This document shows, one piece after another, positions 44,797 through 62,072 of a DNA stretch of 62,945 nt; the first letter of the stretch is position 1, and every line of letters begins with the position of its first letter. Both the position numbers and the translations under genes were made by a program. Where the stretch lies: NCBI GenBank assembly GCA_002269645.1, contig NIVC01004046.1:1-62945 (forward strand), in the 5' to 3' direction. Below the pieces are notes generated by a model. It worked only from the letters and a program-made list of their open reading frames with translations, had not been told where the DNA came from and did no database searches. This DNA comes from Macrostomum lignano. Its lineage: Eukaryota.

Positions 44797-45208
44797 AAGG
44801 GCGTCGCCATGAATTTTATGGTGGGGGGGGACAAAGCCAAGAATACTACATGTACACTCAGCAACAGCTAACCCCCCCCCCCCGGCTTCGCGCAGCGAGG
44901 CTGTCGCTTGCTGGGTGCCACGGCTCAGCAGAGTTGCGTAACAGCCACTGCGCCTCAGCAGAAGTAGAGTGCATCGTATCACACAAAGGTGCACATGCAG
45001 ACAGTCTCTCACTAGAAGTCAATAGCGCGTGTACGCGTAAATGTACATTGTTTTTAGAATCGGTGTTGTTAGCACTAATTTTGGCGCCGCAGTCGCTAGC
45101 TATATTTATTGACTTGCATAACGGGTCACAAGGTGGGGGTGGGTGGTACAAAGCATTGGCAAATCCCCCCATTGCTTTTACATGTCCCCCGGTGACAACG
45201 CCCCCCCC
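44797..45208. mobile_element. Possible degraded MITE with GGGCGTCGCCA...GTGACAACGCCC ends
   Basis: Imperfect terminal inverted repeats and G/C runs; no TSD found. Confidence 0.3.
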
Positions 45209-45658
45209 CCTGGGTCACTTCGTAGCAAACTCACAAAAGTTTGAATACCACTTTACACTGGCGCAATTCTGTACCAAATGCTACAACTGAGCTTTTTATA
45301 TAAGTTCAAACAGCTCTGAAGTTCTGCAGTACTTGTTTTTTTACAGAATATGCTATCGGCAGTTGAAATCGCACTGCAATTGTGGCATAATGTGCGGCTT
45401 AAGCGGACGGCAACAGCTGGGCTGCTGCTAAAGGCAGCTTTTTTTAGTTGCGGAAACAAATCTATTCAGTAGAAAAACAATACTACTAAGGAACTTATGG
45501 GGTGGAGAAAATCTACTCGTACACAAAGCATTCAGTTTACATATTTGGCATGCTAAAACAGGATATTGGATTTACCACACGTATTGGTGTGGAATCAAAT
45601 GATTTCAATTTCTATCTATTGCCAGTGCCCTGTGAAACATTCTGAAGTTTACTGGCGT

Positions 45659-46009
45659 CAGTGGCGTAGCCAGGAATTTCAATTGGGTGGGGGCCAGGTT
45701 GGCCTGGCTGGCCATGCCTTATGCCATTGCCACTTTTGGCGCCGCAGGCACTGATTTTAGCGCCACAGGCACTCATTTTGGCGCCGCAGGCACTCATTTT
45801 GGCGCCGCAGGCACTCATTTTGGCGCCGCAGGCACTCATTTTAGCGCCGCAGGCACTCATTTTGGCGCCGCAGGCACTCAGCGCCGCAGGCACTCATTTT
45901 GGCGCCGCAAGCACTCATTTTGGCGCCGCAGGCACTCAATTGCCTCATGGTTTTTGGTACCTGCCGCGCCCAACCCCACCCCCCAGGCGATTGACTGGCT
46001 ACGCCACTG
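45659..46009. mobile_element. hAT-type MITE, 351 bp, with an internal 21-bp tandem repeat
   Basis: TIR CAGTGGCGTAGCC...GGCTACGCCACTG. Perfect 8-bp TSD ACTGGCGT at 45651-45658 and 46010-46017. Internal (TTTTGGCGCCGCAGGCACTCA)n. Confidence 0.93.
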
Positions 46010-46964
46010 ACTGGCGTATCCGTCGTACCCAACGTCGATGAGTGTTTTTACATTACGCCAATAGACAATGACGTCATAGGCCAGTTGAGCGTCGGTGTCA
46101 TGTACGAGCTATAAACTTTTTGTCTCTGTGTTTGCTACGAGTACTAAGGTATTTCCTGTTTTATAACGGGTCCACTGCCTTACTATTTTTCTATGTTCTC
46201 TGCATGTTTCCCCTATAATACAGAGACGAACGAAGTCTGTATTGAATTGTACAGTAAATACGTATGTATCCAAATCGATAAAAATTCAGAAAAATCTACT
46301 TCAAATCGTTTCTTTCCTACATTGTTTGAAGCAAAGAAGTTTCGCGCTTTATCTTATGCGTGCATATTGCGGCCAACTTGCCAGCTTTACTGACCATTTT
46401 AGCAATTGTGCGAGCAATTGAGAGAGCAGCATGCATCAGCTGGCGACCACTTGTGCGACAAAAACTGCCATTCTTCCATGGCCAGAAATCGATCAAATCG
46501 GTTGATTTTAGTCGCTGGGCTTTGGGGCAGAGGGGCGCACACTCCCTCCTCCTCCAACGCCCACGACGACAAATTCAGTCATTAATCTCTTGGGCTGGCT
46601 AGCCACCTTTTTATTAGCTGGCATTGGCCCGAACGAACGGTAAAATTTCTAGATCTCGCTTTCGCTGTAGGTAAATCTATATGAAGAAAAAGTTAAATTT
46701 TTTTGCATTCTAAAATCCATAGCAAACTAGCCAAAACACCATTTCAACAATATTCGAATTATTTCGGATTTTAACTCGACAGGATGTCGTAAGTACTCTT
46801 ATTGGTTCCCTATAACGTAACAATATGAAAAACTTCTCAAGACTTTAAGATTAAAAATGCAGAGAATCTGCAAGAAGCAAAATACAGATGTGCAAACCGA
46901 GTTTTACCATAGACGAACTCGGCTGAGAACAACAATGGTAGAAGGATATGTCTATGGTTCCGAT

Positions 46965-47255
46965 GGGGGTTGTAGCCTAGTGGTTAGAGCGTCGAACTCG
47001 CGACTGGATGGTCGGGGGTTCGATTCCTGATCCCACTGGAACGCTTGTGTCCTTGGGCAAGACACTTAACTCTGCATTGCTTCAGTTCAACCAGCTGTAA
47101 AATGGGTGCCAGCATTAGCTGAGGTAATTGAAGCTGTGTGGCGACCCCCCCCCCAGTCCTTGGACTGAACAGCCGTACGCAGCCTTCAGATGCACCGCGC
47201 GATAGCTGCGGCTGAGCTGTCGGTTGTACATCTGTCCATTAGAGCAGCTGTAATC
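46965..47255 (+). mobile_element. tRNA-derived SINE
   Basis: A box TAGCCTAGTGG and B box GGTTCGATTCC, followed by a non-tRNA body (GTGTCCTTGGGCAAGACACTTAAC...CAGCTGTAAAATGGGT). A second partial copy lies at 1310-1470. Confidence 0.85.
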
Positions 47256-47694
47256 AATTGTTAATTATGGTTGCGAGGAATGGTACCGATTATTCATTAC
47301 AGCATTCGGAACCAGCACTAGGAACCATGCGAACCATGCGTACGTAGACAAATCCGCATTATTCCTACATTTCGAGGCCCGGTCAGAGGAACACAAGCCA
47401 AATTAGCTGACCGAAGTGAGATGATGCGGCCCATTTTTTATTCACCACTTTTAAAGGTCAGAGAAATTTAGACAAAAATATTACACTACACAAAAATACA
47501 CTATGGAGGAATAACTGAAATTTTGCTTTTCCAGAATAAAGCTTAAACAATTCCTAGAATTGCTTATCGTGATTTTTAACGAAAACTGCGTGGTTTCCAG
47601 TGAAAGTTGCTTCTACCTCTACTTTATTTGTCGCGGACTCGTACATGTACTTGTAGTTGCACACCGGAACTGCACAGCACTCATCAAATTTCAG

Positions 47695-52032
<4,338 letters not shown>

Positions 52033-52634
52033 GTCGGGGTTTTTCGTTTGACCGTCCTGGTTGTCAACTGGCTTTTGCTTCTTACTTCTGGTTAATTAAG
52101 GTTAAAAGACTGGGTTCCTTGTGTATATGTATTAAAATCGAGATTATTACTAAATAAGTACTATTTTAATTTGGTATTTAAACCCCACTAAAAATTATTT
52201 GTGATGTTGTACAATCTTGGAGACTTTATTTTCTGCCTTTGATGTATCAGAATAACATACTTTGCTTTTATTTGATTGAGCAACCCAGTCTTTACATAAC
52301 TATTAAAAAGTAAAATATAGTAAAGAAACAATATTTTATCAGTAGATTTTTGTTGAAATCTTAATTGTACATTTGAGTGAAAGATATATCGGAATAAAGA
52401 TACTAATAAAGAGTAATGGATTTCTGAAGCACTTACGAGACTCGTACTTGTAAGGGTAAGAAATGCACTAGTTCTCTCTCTATGCAGTTGAATATTTTGA
52501 AATTAATTTGACCCATGTAGTCCGCATTACGTACTTTTACATAGAAAGATCATATGAAAATTCTGTTGATAAAAATCTGTTCAAACAATTAGCTGCTAGG
52601 TTAAGTTTATTGAAATTTAGCAAAGACTAGCGGA

Positions 52635-53372
52635 TCACGCCTTCTGACATGAAGACGCGCCGCCAATGGTGACGGTTACTTTGAACACTCCTGCATTGTT
52701 TGGTCGCTTGCCGACCTGAAGCAGTTCTGAAAAAAAGTTGAAATTTGAATTGTCATCCACACTGATGGAAGCCGTCGGCAAGGTGTTATTCACAAACACT
52801 CCCCACGAGTCAGCTGTTTGAGTCAATGTGAAGCCGATGTTCACCCACTATTTTGCACTCGAAGTCAGTGGAGCTGTCGAGGTTTGATAGCGTCAGGTAC
52901 CGGCACCTGCTTTAGTATTGATCAGCGTTGTGCTCCAAGATTTAACGTTTCAACGTTGGCGCAGTCCAGGAACTCAAACAGCAGCTACACTTGCGGCTGC
53001 CGCTTCATCCTGAGCAGCACCGTGACGCCTGTGCCGAACCCGATGTCGCTCTTGGCCAGAAACGAGCTGCTCCCATCGAACGCGGCGCCCTCCTCTGTCC
53101 ACTGGACTCCGATCGGATAAATTCGGTTGGTCTCTTCGTCAGCCTGGCACACGACATTCTCAAATGCAGACATGTCGTCTCCGAGCCACACGTTTGTGAG
53201 CTTCGGGTTGAGCTGAGCCGGATATTTGATCGGAAATCGGATGAGCACTCGGCAGTCGCTGCTCGCACCGCTAGAGACAAGGTCGCGACACACGGACTGG
53301 TAGCGGAAGAGACTGCAGCGGAGAGAGGCCGGCTCGAACTGGACAACGAGAATGCCGGATGGAAAGGCATCG
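52635..53372 (-). pseudogene. Truncated pseudogene copy of the PAN-like/LamG-like secreted protein
   Basis: Near-identical to residues ~75-195 of the intact copies. It has TAG in place of CAG after RQPQV, a deletion/frameshift, no signal-peptide region and an early end. Confidence 0.88.
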
Positions 53373-54335
53373 GTTGCCTGCATGCTGCAGTGCGGCTTCA
53401 AGACAGCCTTATGAAGTTTTAGTTCATTTACCCAGATTTTATTGTGAGACGAATTGAGCTGAGTTTGCTTGGCCAAACTTCAGTTTTTTAGATCATTTGT
53501 CAACTGTTAATTACCGGTGTTTTGTCAAAAAGTTTAGCCTGTCTGTGGTTTACTACAAGTTATTTTAAAAACTCCTGATTCTCCGTTGCCAAGCACTTGC
53601 TTCCATCAGATACTCGTACTCAAAGCGGGTATTAATTCTTCATTATTATAATACGCATCTATGTGTAGTTGATCGCATCCAAAGAGCTTGGCCTAAGACG
53701 GAATGGTCATATTTTTAAATTGTCGCCAACTTTCAACGCCGGAGATTTTTTGAGGGAAATTTTTTGCCAGCGCCAGTCCCTAGCTGGTAGCTTCTTTTTT
53801 GTAAATAACCTCCTAGAAGACATTCAGGTAGGAATGGGAAAGAAAGAAAGAGCAGGTAGGCAAGCCACCTCAAGCAGCTGCATTGTCTCGCAACACTCGG
53901 CCCACTCAAAGGCCCGCCGATTCTGTGAAACAAAGGCTGCAAATTGTATTGATTCCTGCTCACTCTCAACACCCAGTAAGCAGATTTTCCCTAAGCAGCG
54001 GAGGCTGCAGAAGCTACATTCTTTGACAATGGCTGGGTCGACGATCTTCCACACTCAGGCTCCTGTAGCAGGCGTTGAGAGAAAAACCAGTCGAAGGGCT
54101 GCTGCCTGCTCAGGGTGGCCGAGAACTGCCAAGCCTCTTTAAGCGTTCATCTGTTGAAGCATTTTCCAAGAGTTTGAGGACAATGGCAGTCAGAATTCTT
54201 TTAAAAGCCTGGCCACTTCACTATTAGGAAAGCTCCAAATCTCTAAAAAGTGATCCTTAAACTCTAGGCTTTTACTAATTTTTCCCTTCACTAATTTTGC
54301 AAACTTTTTACGAGGGTTACCGATTTGATTACGAA

Positions 54336-55402
54336 ATGTATACAGGTAAGACACCAATTCCTTATTCTTTCTCGGTCTCAGATTTATGTTAAAGATAAAA
54401 CTTACTTCCGCATCTGCAGTTGGCCTTCTGCTTGCCACTCTTGAGCTGATGGCTCTGATGCCTGCCTGCCAGTGCAGGTCCGGAGAAACCTGGACTCAGG
54501 TGCAGGTGCAGTGCCTGTCCGAGGCCGCCGCGATTTACCGAGCGCAGGCGAGAAGCGATGTGCACTGCTCTGTGATCGCGTCCAACAAGCATATAGTCGG
54601 AATCATTGTGGCCCAGTTCGAGCCGGCCTCTCTCCGCTGCAGTCTCTTCCGCTACCAGTCCGTGTGTCGCGACTTTGTCTCTGGCGGTGCGAGCAGCGAC
54701 TGCCGAGTGCTCATCCGATTTCCGATCAAATATCCGGCTCAGCTCAACCCGAAGCTCACAAACGTGTGGCTCGGAGACGACATGTCTGCATTTGAGAATG
54801 TCGTGTGCCAGGCTGACGAAGAGACCAACCGAATTTATCCGGTCGGAGTCCAGTGGACAGAGGAGGGCGCCGCGTTCGATGGGAGCAGCTCGTTTCTGGC
54901 CATGAACAAGAGCGACATCGGGTTCGGCACAGGCGTCACGGTGCTGCTCAGGATGAAGCGACAGCCGCAGGTGCAGGCCTTCTTTGAGTTCCTGGACTGC
55001 GCCAATTTTGAGACCGGACTCCAGCAGCACCACTTCTGGGAGTTCGACGCTGCTTCTAAACTCTTTCTTGTGATTAAAACTGAAGCCGGTGCCACTCCTG
55101 GACGCTATCAATCTTCGACAGCTCCGCTGACTTCGAACGCGAACGAGTGGGTGAACATCGGCTTCACATCGGCTCCAGCGGCTGACTCGTGGGGAGTGTT
55201 CGTGAACGACGCCTTTTTATCGACGGCCTCTTTCAGCTTGAGTACTAGTGTCGACTTCACCTTGCTTCCACAGAACTGCTTCAGGTTCGGCAAGCGACTG
55301 AATGACGCTCAAATGTTCAAAGGAACTGTGCGGGCCATCGCCATGAGCAACGTCACCATGTCTGAGAGCGAGATCCGCGACTTCTTTGCTGCTATCGGCT
55401 GA
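54336..55402 (+). CDS. Secreted protein, 330 aa: signal peptide + Cys-containing PAN/apple-like module + LamG/ConA-like domain (copy A); exons 54336-54345, 54420-55402
   Basis: ATGTATACAG|GTAAGA ... CTGCAG|TT gives MYTVGLLLATLELMALMPACQC. The LamG-like pattern is GAAFDGSSSFL..VTVLLRMK..NEWVNIGFT..VFVN..FRFG..FKGTVRAIAMSNVTMSESEI. The domain names are inference. Confidence 0.8.
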
Positions 55403-56984
55403 ACGAAGGTTTTGTGTGACTCTTGGCGAATCAACAAGCAGTTGAACTTTTTTCAATGAATATTCGAACGCTGCTGCTTTGAAATCGTGGATTTACCTTG
55501 TAATAGGCTGGACTTTGGAAATTTTTTAATCAGATGTCTGAATGAACTGCGGTTGAAATATATTTCGAAGGTGAATTTACTTGAGCCCTACTTCAAATTT
55601 TACTGCCGATAAAATTATTTACCTCACTACAGTGCAGTTTTGTGAGCATGTCCTAATTTATTTCTAACAGTTAGTCAACTTCAGTAGTAGGATTTCGCAA
55701 ATTTAAGCTGCTCCGAATTCTTTTTTGTTCTATTGTCCATTCTGATTCATTAGATAAAACAAATTGCTTTGTGTTCAGAATCAGCCGGTTCCAGGATTGG
55801 ATCGCAATAAAATCTGTTTTTAACAACTTTCGAACTTATAAATTGGGATAAAAACATTTGTTCACGCATCGTCAATGACTTTTTTTATTGTTTTGGCGCT
55901 TTTAGCGCTCAATACTTTTCTGCACCCGACTCTACGTTGAGTATGTATAACATAATACGACGTAGCTATGATACTTTGCCCACAAACTGTGTTCCTATCT
56001 AACAGGTGAAATTCTACTGTGTCCGTTAGACATTTCAATACATTCCTTACTAATTCACAAGGTGGATAGAGTAGCATTTTACCTGTTAGATATGGACACT
56101 CACTTGGTGGGTAGGGTAGTATTTTACCTGTTAGATAAGGAATATTGGATAGAGCCACCAACCACTTACTGAGTCCGGCGGGATCAGCTGACCAAAACGC
56201 CTTGTTCGTTAATCTGCAAATCTGCACGCTTGTAGAGATCTCCAAGCCTTATAGCCTACTAGAAGTGGTAAGATAAAAACATGAATACTATTTAAAAACT
56301 AACATGCGTCATACTCTATTTTCAGTACTACGAGCTCGTACATGCAGTATCACGTAAACAGCGATTGATCATTCCATAGTCCAAAAAACCGGTTTTCAAC
56401 ATCCTTCCAAATATGGTAAATGTCAACTTAAATGCGACCCAAGCTTCACCCCTTTTCTATGTAAAACCCCACCGGTCAAGAGACAAAGTCCATCTTTTGA
56501 TTCTTATCAATAAAACCGGTTTGAAGCTCAAGGTCGAATGAAATCGTGCATAAAAATACAAGCGAAAATCCGAGCTGAAACCTCAGACTCGGAGCAGCCT
56601 TAAGAGATATTGGGCTTAGCTAGAGCTACCAAGCAAGGCTATATCTCTGAGAGAGGCAAACACCAATTGGTAAGCCTTTGTTAGAGTCTTTGTTATTTGG
56701 GTCTTTGTTATTCGAATATTGAGAGCTGTGTCAATGCCGGCCGTTACTGATCAGTCGATTTATTGAGTCTATTGAATTTGAGGCCTCCCTATTCCTAAGG
56801 GATTGGATAGGATCTGCGGACCGATTCCGATACTCTTAGTCGACTACTGATTGATTGATTTCGGTACCCTAGAGTAACCGATAGGAGCACACGACTCCGA
56901 TTCCGTTATTTCTAGAAGAAGACGCCCTTTCGGAGGACCTCACTATTGTTATAGAGTTGACTTTATTATTAGGGCGCATCTCTG

Positions 56985-57902
56985 CACTCGAGGAATATAT
57001 TGGTTTCTGCACTCGAGGAATATATCGATTTCTGCACTCGAGGAATATATCGATTTCTGCACTCGAGGAATATATTGGTTTCTGCACTCGAGGAATATAT
57101 TGATTTCTGCACTCGAGGAATATATCGATTTCTGCACTCGAGGAATATATTGGTTTCTGCACTCGAGGAATATATCGATTTCTGCACTCGAGGAATATAT
57201 TGATTTCTGCACTCGAGGAATATATTTATTTCTGCACTCGAGGAATATATTGATTTCTGCACTCGAGGAATATATCGATTTCTGCACTCGAGGAATATAT
57301 TGGTTTCTGCACTCGAGGAATATATTGATTTCAGCACTCGAGGAATATATCGATTTCTGCACTCGAGGAATATATCGATTTCTGCACTCGAGGAATATAT
57401 TGGTTTCTGCACTCGAGGAATATATCGATTTCTGCACTCGAGGAATATATTGATTTCTGCACTCGAGGAATATATTGGTTTCTGCACTCGAGGAATATAT
57501 TGATTTCTGCACTCGAGGAATATATCGGTTTCTGCACTCGAGGAATATATAGATTTCTGCACTCGAGGAATATATTGATTTCTGCACTCGAGGAATATAT
57601 CGGTTTCTGCACTCGAGGAATATATAGATTTCTGCACTCGAGGAATATATAGATTTCTGCACTCGAGGAATATATCGGTTTCTGCACTCGAGGAATATAT
57701 AGATTTCTGCACTCGAGGAATATATAGATTTCTGCACTCGAGGAATATATCGGTTTCTGCACTCGAGGAATATATAGATTTCTGCACTCGAGGAATATAT
57801 AGATTTCTGCACTCGAGGAATATATCGGTTTCTGCACTCGAGGAATATATAGATTTCTGCACTCGAGGAATATATAGATTTCTGCACTCGAGGAATATAT
57901 TG
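56985..57902. repeat. 25-bp minisatellite (TTCTGCACTCGAGGAATATATTGAT)n
   Basis: Highly homogeneous tandem copies. Confidence 0.98.
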
Positions 57903-60693
57903 ACGTCGATGGGCTATCTGGCCAATTCTAGAATTCGAAGAAGAAGATTAAGAGACGAGCTTGGCACTCGTTGAATAGGCTTTCTGGAAGTGGGAGTTCC
58001 GAGACACTAGACTATAGAAAGCGAACTCCTCACGCTGTGCTGAGTTAGTTGACTTGTTTATTTCGTTCCGACTTGAATCTCACCCCATCGACTATAATAT
58101 TTATTATAAAATTATATATATTATATTTATTATTATATTTATTATTTATTATTTAAAATTACTATTGGGGCGAAAATTCATGAAAATCAACATTTTGGAT
58201 AGTTAGGTTACTCTTCGGTCAAAATAAAAACTACTTGGCGTCATTCTTGCGCCCCCCCTCAGAGGGGGGCTAAATGGCTATTTATGATACTATTACTCAA
58301 CTTATCTCATGATCCTGAAATTTAAAATTATTCTATAATATGAGTGTAAACTGGAGCAGGGTAATTTCGGTAGTTAATGGAAACAACTACAACACCACAT
58401 ACCAATGTGAAGGTATATTTTCTATATCTTTTCTATCAAGACGAGACTTGTTAAGACTAATAATATTTCCACGAGTATAATACATCCTCGTAAATCTTGT
58501 ATTAAGTAGTATCGACATTTAATCCACGGTTTTGTTAAAGAAAAATACCGGGTTGCATCGTTTATTTGTCTCCGACATGTAGCACCGCTCTCGATAACTA
58601 CTTTGAGATCAGCAATTGAAATTTAACCCCAAAAGTGCTAATAGTCGACGGCTACAGATAAGGAAATTTGATCCGAGTTTGAGATGTGTTCTTCTAGGCA
58701 CTACGAAGTTTACTATCATTATGGATCAATAAACGCTTTTGGAATGTTTCCAATCCAGTCCGAACCCGCCTCGAGTTGATAGAGATAGGAGTAAAATTTG
58801 AACTTCGATCTAATATCAAGACAGCCTTTCAAGACAAACCAGTTTGAATAAAATGAGATGAAAAGTAAAGTGATTCAGGTGAAAAGGTGGATGAATGTCT
58901 TGTAAATCAAGTCATGGCAGAAACGAGTTTAAACGGTTTTTTAAATGACCAGGTCAAAAGTAGATTTATGACGCAGAGGAAATCCTATTGAATTCAAGCA
59001 GCGCGCGCTGAGGTTCAATTAAAAATGAACTATGGAACAATTCTAAAGTTCATAAGCTCATATAATTTGCAAAATCAACGGCCCAGAATTAATGAAATTC
59101 TAATTTACTTTGATCGCTTTGTAATTCTAAATAATTCTTTAGCAAATCTGCCACGAACAGCGCACGAAGAACATAAAGAGAGTTGAAGCCGATCTCATCC
59201 GGAAACTTAAAATCCTTTCAATCATCCCGACACGGGTCTGTCCAAGGCAGCATAGTAGCTTGTCGGTGCAGATGACAAAGGTCATTTGCTAGTGATTGAC
59301 AAAGACACTGCTAGTGATTGTTGCTTACTATTTTCGCTAAAATGTTGTGTACATAGCACCAGAATGCAGTTGTATCCTTAGTGATAGGTAAAATGAGGGA
59401 GTTAAACGGATATGTACAGTTAGCACCTGAAGACTCCGCGGAGTTGAACAATCTTATGCAAGAGATTAATTGTGTGGAGGTTAGCCTGGCTCATTCCTCA
59501 GTAGTGCAGCGAAGAAGTCATGGATCTTGCCTGGATCTCGATCAAAAATGCTGCTGTACATGGCGATAGCCGTGACGACTCTACTGAAGCGCTGTATGAA
59601 CTCAACAACCACTTGAAGTCTGCCGGAGAATGCCCAATTGAATGCGAGTCAGTTACACTAATGCACAATGCAAGAGGAAAACCAGCCCCCTTTCTGTTAT
59701 TTGACTATCAACTCAGTAGTTTTACCAATACCGGAAGTCAATTAGCATGCTGCATAATATCCCTTAATTCAGGTTGCTTCACGAGGCTAACGGAGACGTG
59801 AGCTGTATCCATCTAAGTCAGCTGATTCTGAGTTATGCCAACCGTATTCATCACCATCTGTCATCGCTAGCTATTTGTTCGAAAAAGGCGGGGCGTTTAT
59901 TAAGGATAGGCCCCAGACAAACTACTCGTATGTACATGCATTTATCTTGGAACCAAACTAAAGATGGTGCTACAGAAAGGCTTTAAAAAACTTGGATAGA
60001 AGCGAATAAAAAACTTCCAGTTGCTTGGCTGAAGCTGACTATGAATCATAAGCGTCAATCGCGAATGGAAAGCAGGTAAGAAACATTCTATTCATTACGT
60101 AATTTTAGCCTCTAGGCCGGAAAACTTGTGCGAGCTAAAAGCCTCTAATGTTTTCTACACTCCATGCTTTAAATTCTAGAAAGTTGGTCAATAAAAGCCG
60201 AAACCGTTCCATTGTGCACTGCTTTGTCGGAATTTAGGATGCTGAACCTGCATTAGCGAGAAAAGGAAATACCCCTGCTTCACCCTCAAACTACAAGACC
60301 CATTTGGCACAGGCCTACCAATCATTTGTAAAAAGCCAACGTGGGCGTTTCTGGAAGGAAAAGCAAAACCAAACAAAAGCAAAAACTTCAGAGCAGAACT
60401 GGCTTGTGAAATCTTATTAAAGAAGTCAAATTAAGTGTTGAGAGAATATTGGGACATTGTAACAAAACTGCGCTGTAGATAATTAAATAATTTTGTCCGT
60501 ATTAAACTTTAAGGTAAGGCTGAAGTACATTCCAAACGTCATTCAACTGCAGCTCATTGATCCGAACCAACAAATCTTCCAAATTTAAGCCAATTAAAAG
60601 GTAAATAATCTACGAGTTCAAAGGAGCAGGCTTTTAGAATTGGTTGAAAAAGTTCAACTGCTTGTTGGTTCGCCAAGAGTCACACAAAACCTT

Positions 60694-61763
60694 TTAGCCG
60701 ATGACGACATAGAAGTCGCGAATCTCGCTCTCAGACATGGTGACGTTGCTCATGGCGATGGCCCGCACAGTTCCTTTGAACATTCGAGCGTCATTCAGTC
60801 GCTTGCCGAATCTGAAGCAGAACTGAGGCAGCAGAGTATAGTTAGAATAAGTCGTCAGGCTGAAGGAAGCTTTCGGCAAGAAGGTGTCGTTCACGAACAC
60901 TCCCCACGAGTCAGCCGCTGGAGTCGATGTGAATCCGATGTTCACCCACTCGTTGGCGTTCGAAGTCAGCGGAGCTGTCGAAGATTGATAGCGCGTGGGA
61001 GCGGCACCGGCTTCGGTTTTGATCACAAAAAGGAGTTTAGAAGCAACGTCGAACTCCCAGATACGGTGGTAGTAGGGTCCGGTTTCGAATTCAAGGCAGT
61101 TTAGAAAATCAAAGAAGATATGCACTCGCGGCTGCCGCTTCATCCTGAGCAGCACCGTGACGCCTGTGCCGAACCCGATGTCGCTCTTGTTCATGGCCAG
61201 AAACGAGCTGCTCCCATCGAACGCGGCGCCCTCCTCTGTCCACTGGACTCCGACCGGATAAATTCGGTTGGTCTCTTCGTCAGCCTGGCACACGACATTC
61301 TCAAATGCAGACATGTCGTCTCCGAGCCACACGTTTGTGAGCTTCGGGTTGAGCTGAGCCGGATATTTGATCGGAAATCGGATGAGCACTCGGCAGTCGC
61401 TGCTCGCACCGCCAGAGACAAAGTCGCGACACACGGACTGGTAGCGGAAGAGACTGCAGCGGAGAGAGGCCGGCTCGAACTGGGCCACAATGATTCCGAC
61501 TATATGCTTGTTGGACGCGATCACAGAGCAGTGCACATCGCTTCTCGCCTGCGCTCGGTAAATCGCGGCGGCCTCGGACAGGCACTGCACCTGCACCTGA
61601 GTCCAGGTGTCTCCGGACCTGCACTGGCAGGCAGGTATCAGAGCCATCAGCTCAAGCGCCGCCAACAGTATCCACGAAACTAAAAGAGCACAATATATTA
61701 TGTTATGCCTTTCAATATTTATTGATTAAAATCAACTTGTATTTAATCGTTCTTACCTTGCAT
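60694..61763 (-). CDS. Secreted PAN-like/LamG-like protein, 330 aa (copy B); exons 61763-61757, 61679-60694
   Basis: ATGCAAG|GTAAGA ... TTTTAG|TT gives MQVSWILLAALELMALIPACQC. It is an inverted paralog of copy A, including similar 3' UTR sequence. Confidence 0.8.
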
Positions 61764-62072
61764 TTTAGGCGTGGAGGAGTGAAGTTATCAGCAGTTTTTG
61801 ACAGATACGTCTCTCAAATTCAGTGCTGCTAACTGGCTGTAAGTAAGGAAGGCTTTTAATACTCGTATTTTTTCGTTTCTTGGATGGGCTGGCTGATTAG
61901 CCATTCTGCTAACAATGGAACCCAAGCCAGGACATACAATGCGTGTGCGTGTAGCAGCTGTCTGCATCCCAAGCAGCTGTCAGTCTCCCAACCCTTGGCA
62001 ATTTCTGTAGTGAGTAGCATGCTTCGGTAGCATGCCCAACGGTACAGAAAACGTCTCATTTTTTGTACTGCA

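Noticed and set aside
46965-47035. Possible functional tRNA gene
   Set aside because: It runs into a SINE body that is also found at 1310-1470, and the acceptor stem is not convincing.
55862-56245. 127-aa minus-strand ORF
   Set aside because: Non-ATG start, a short internal repeat and no recognisable motif; insufficient support.
58250-58275. GC hairpin GCCCCCCCTCAGAGGGGGGC as a Helitron 3' end
   Set aside because: No CTAG/CTRR terminus at the expected distance and no matching 5' end found.
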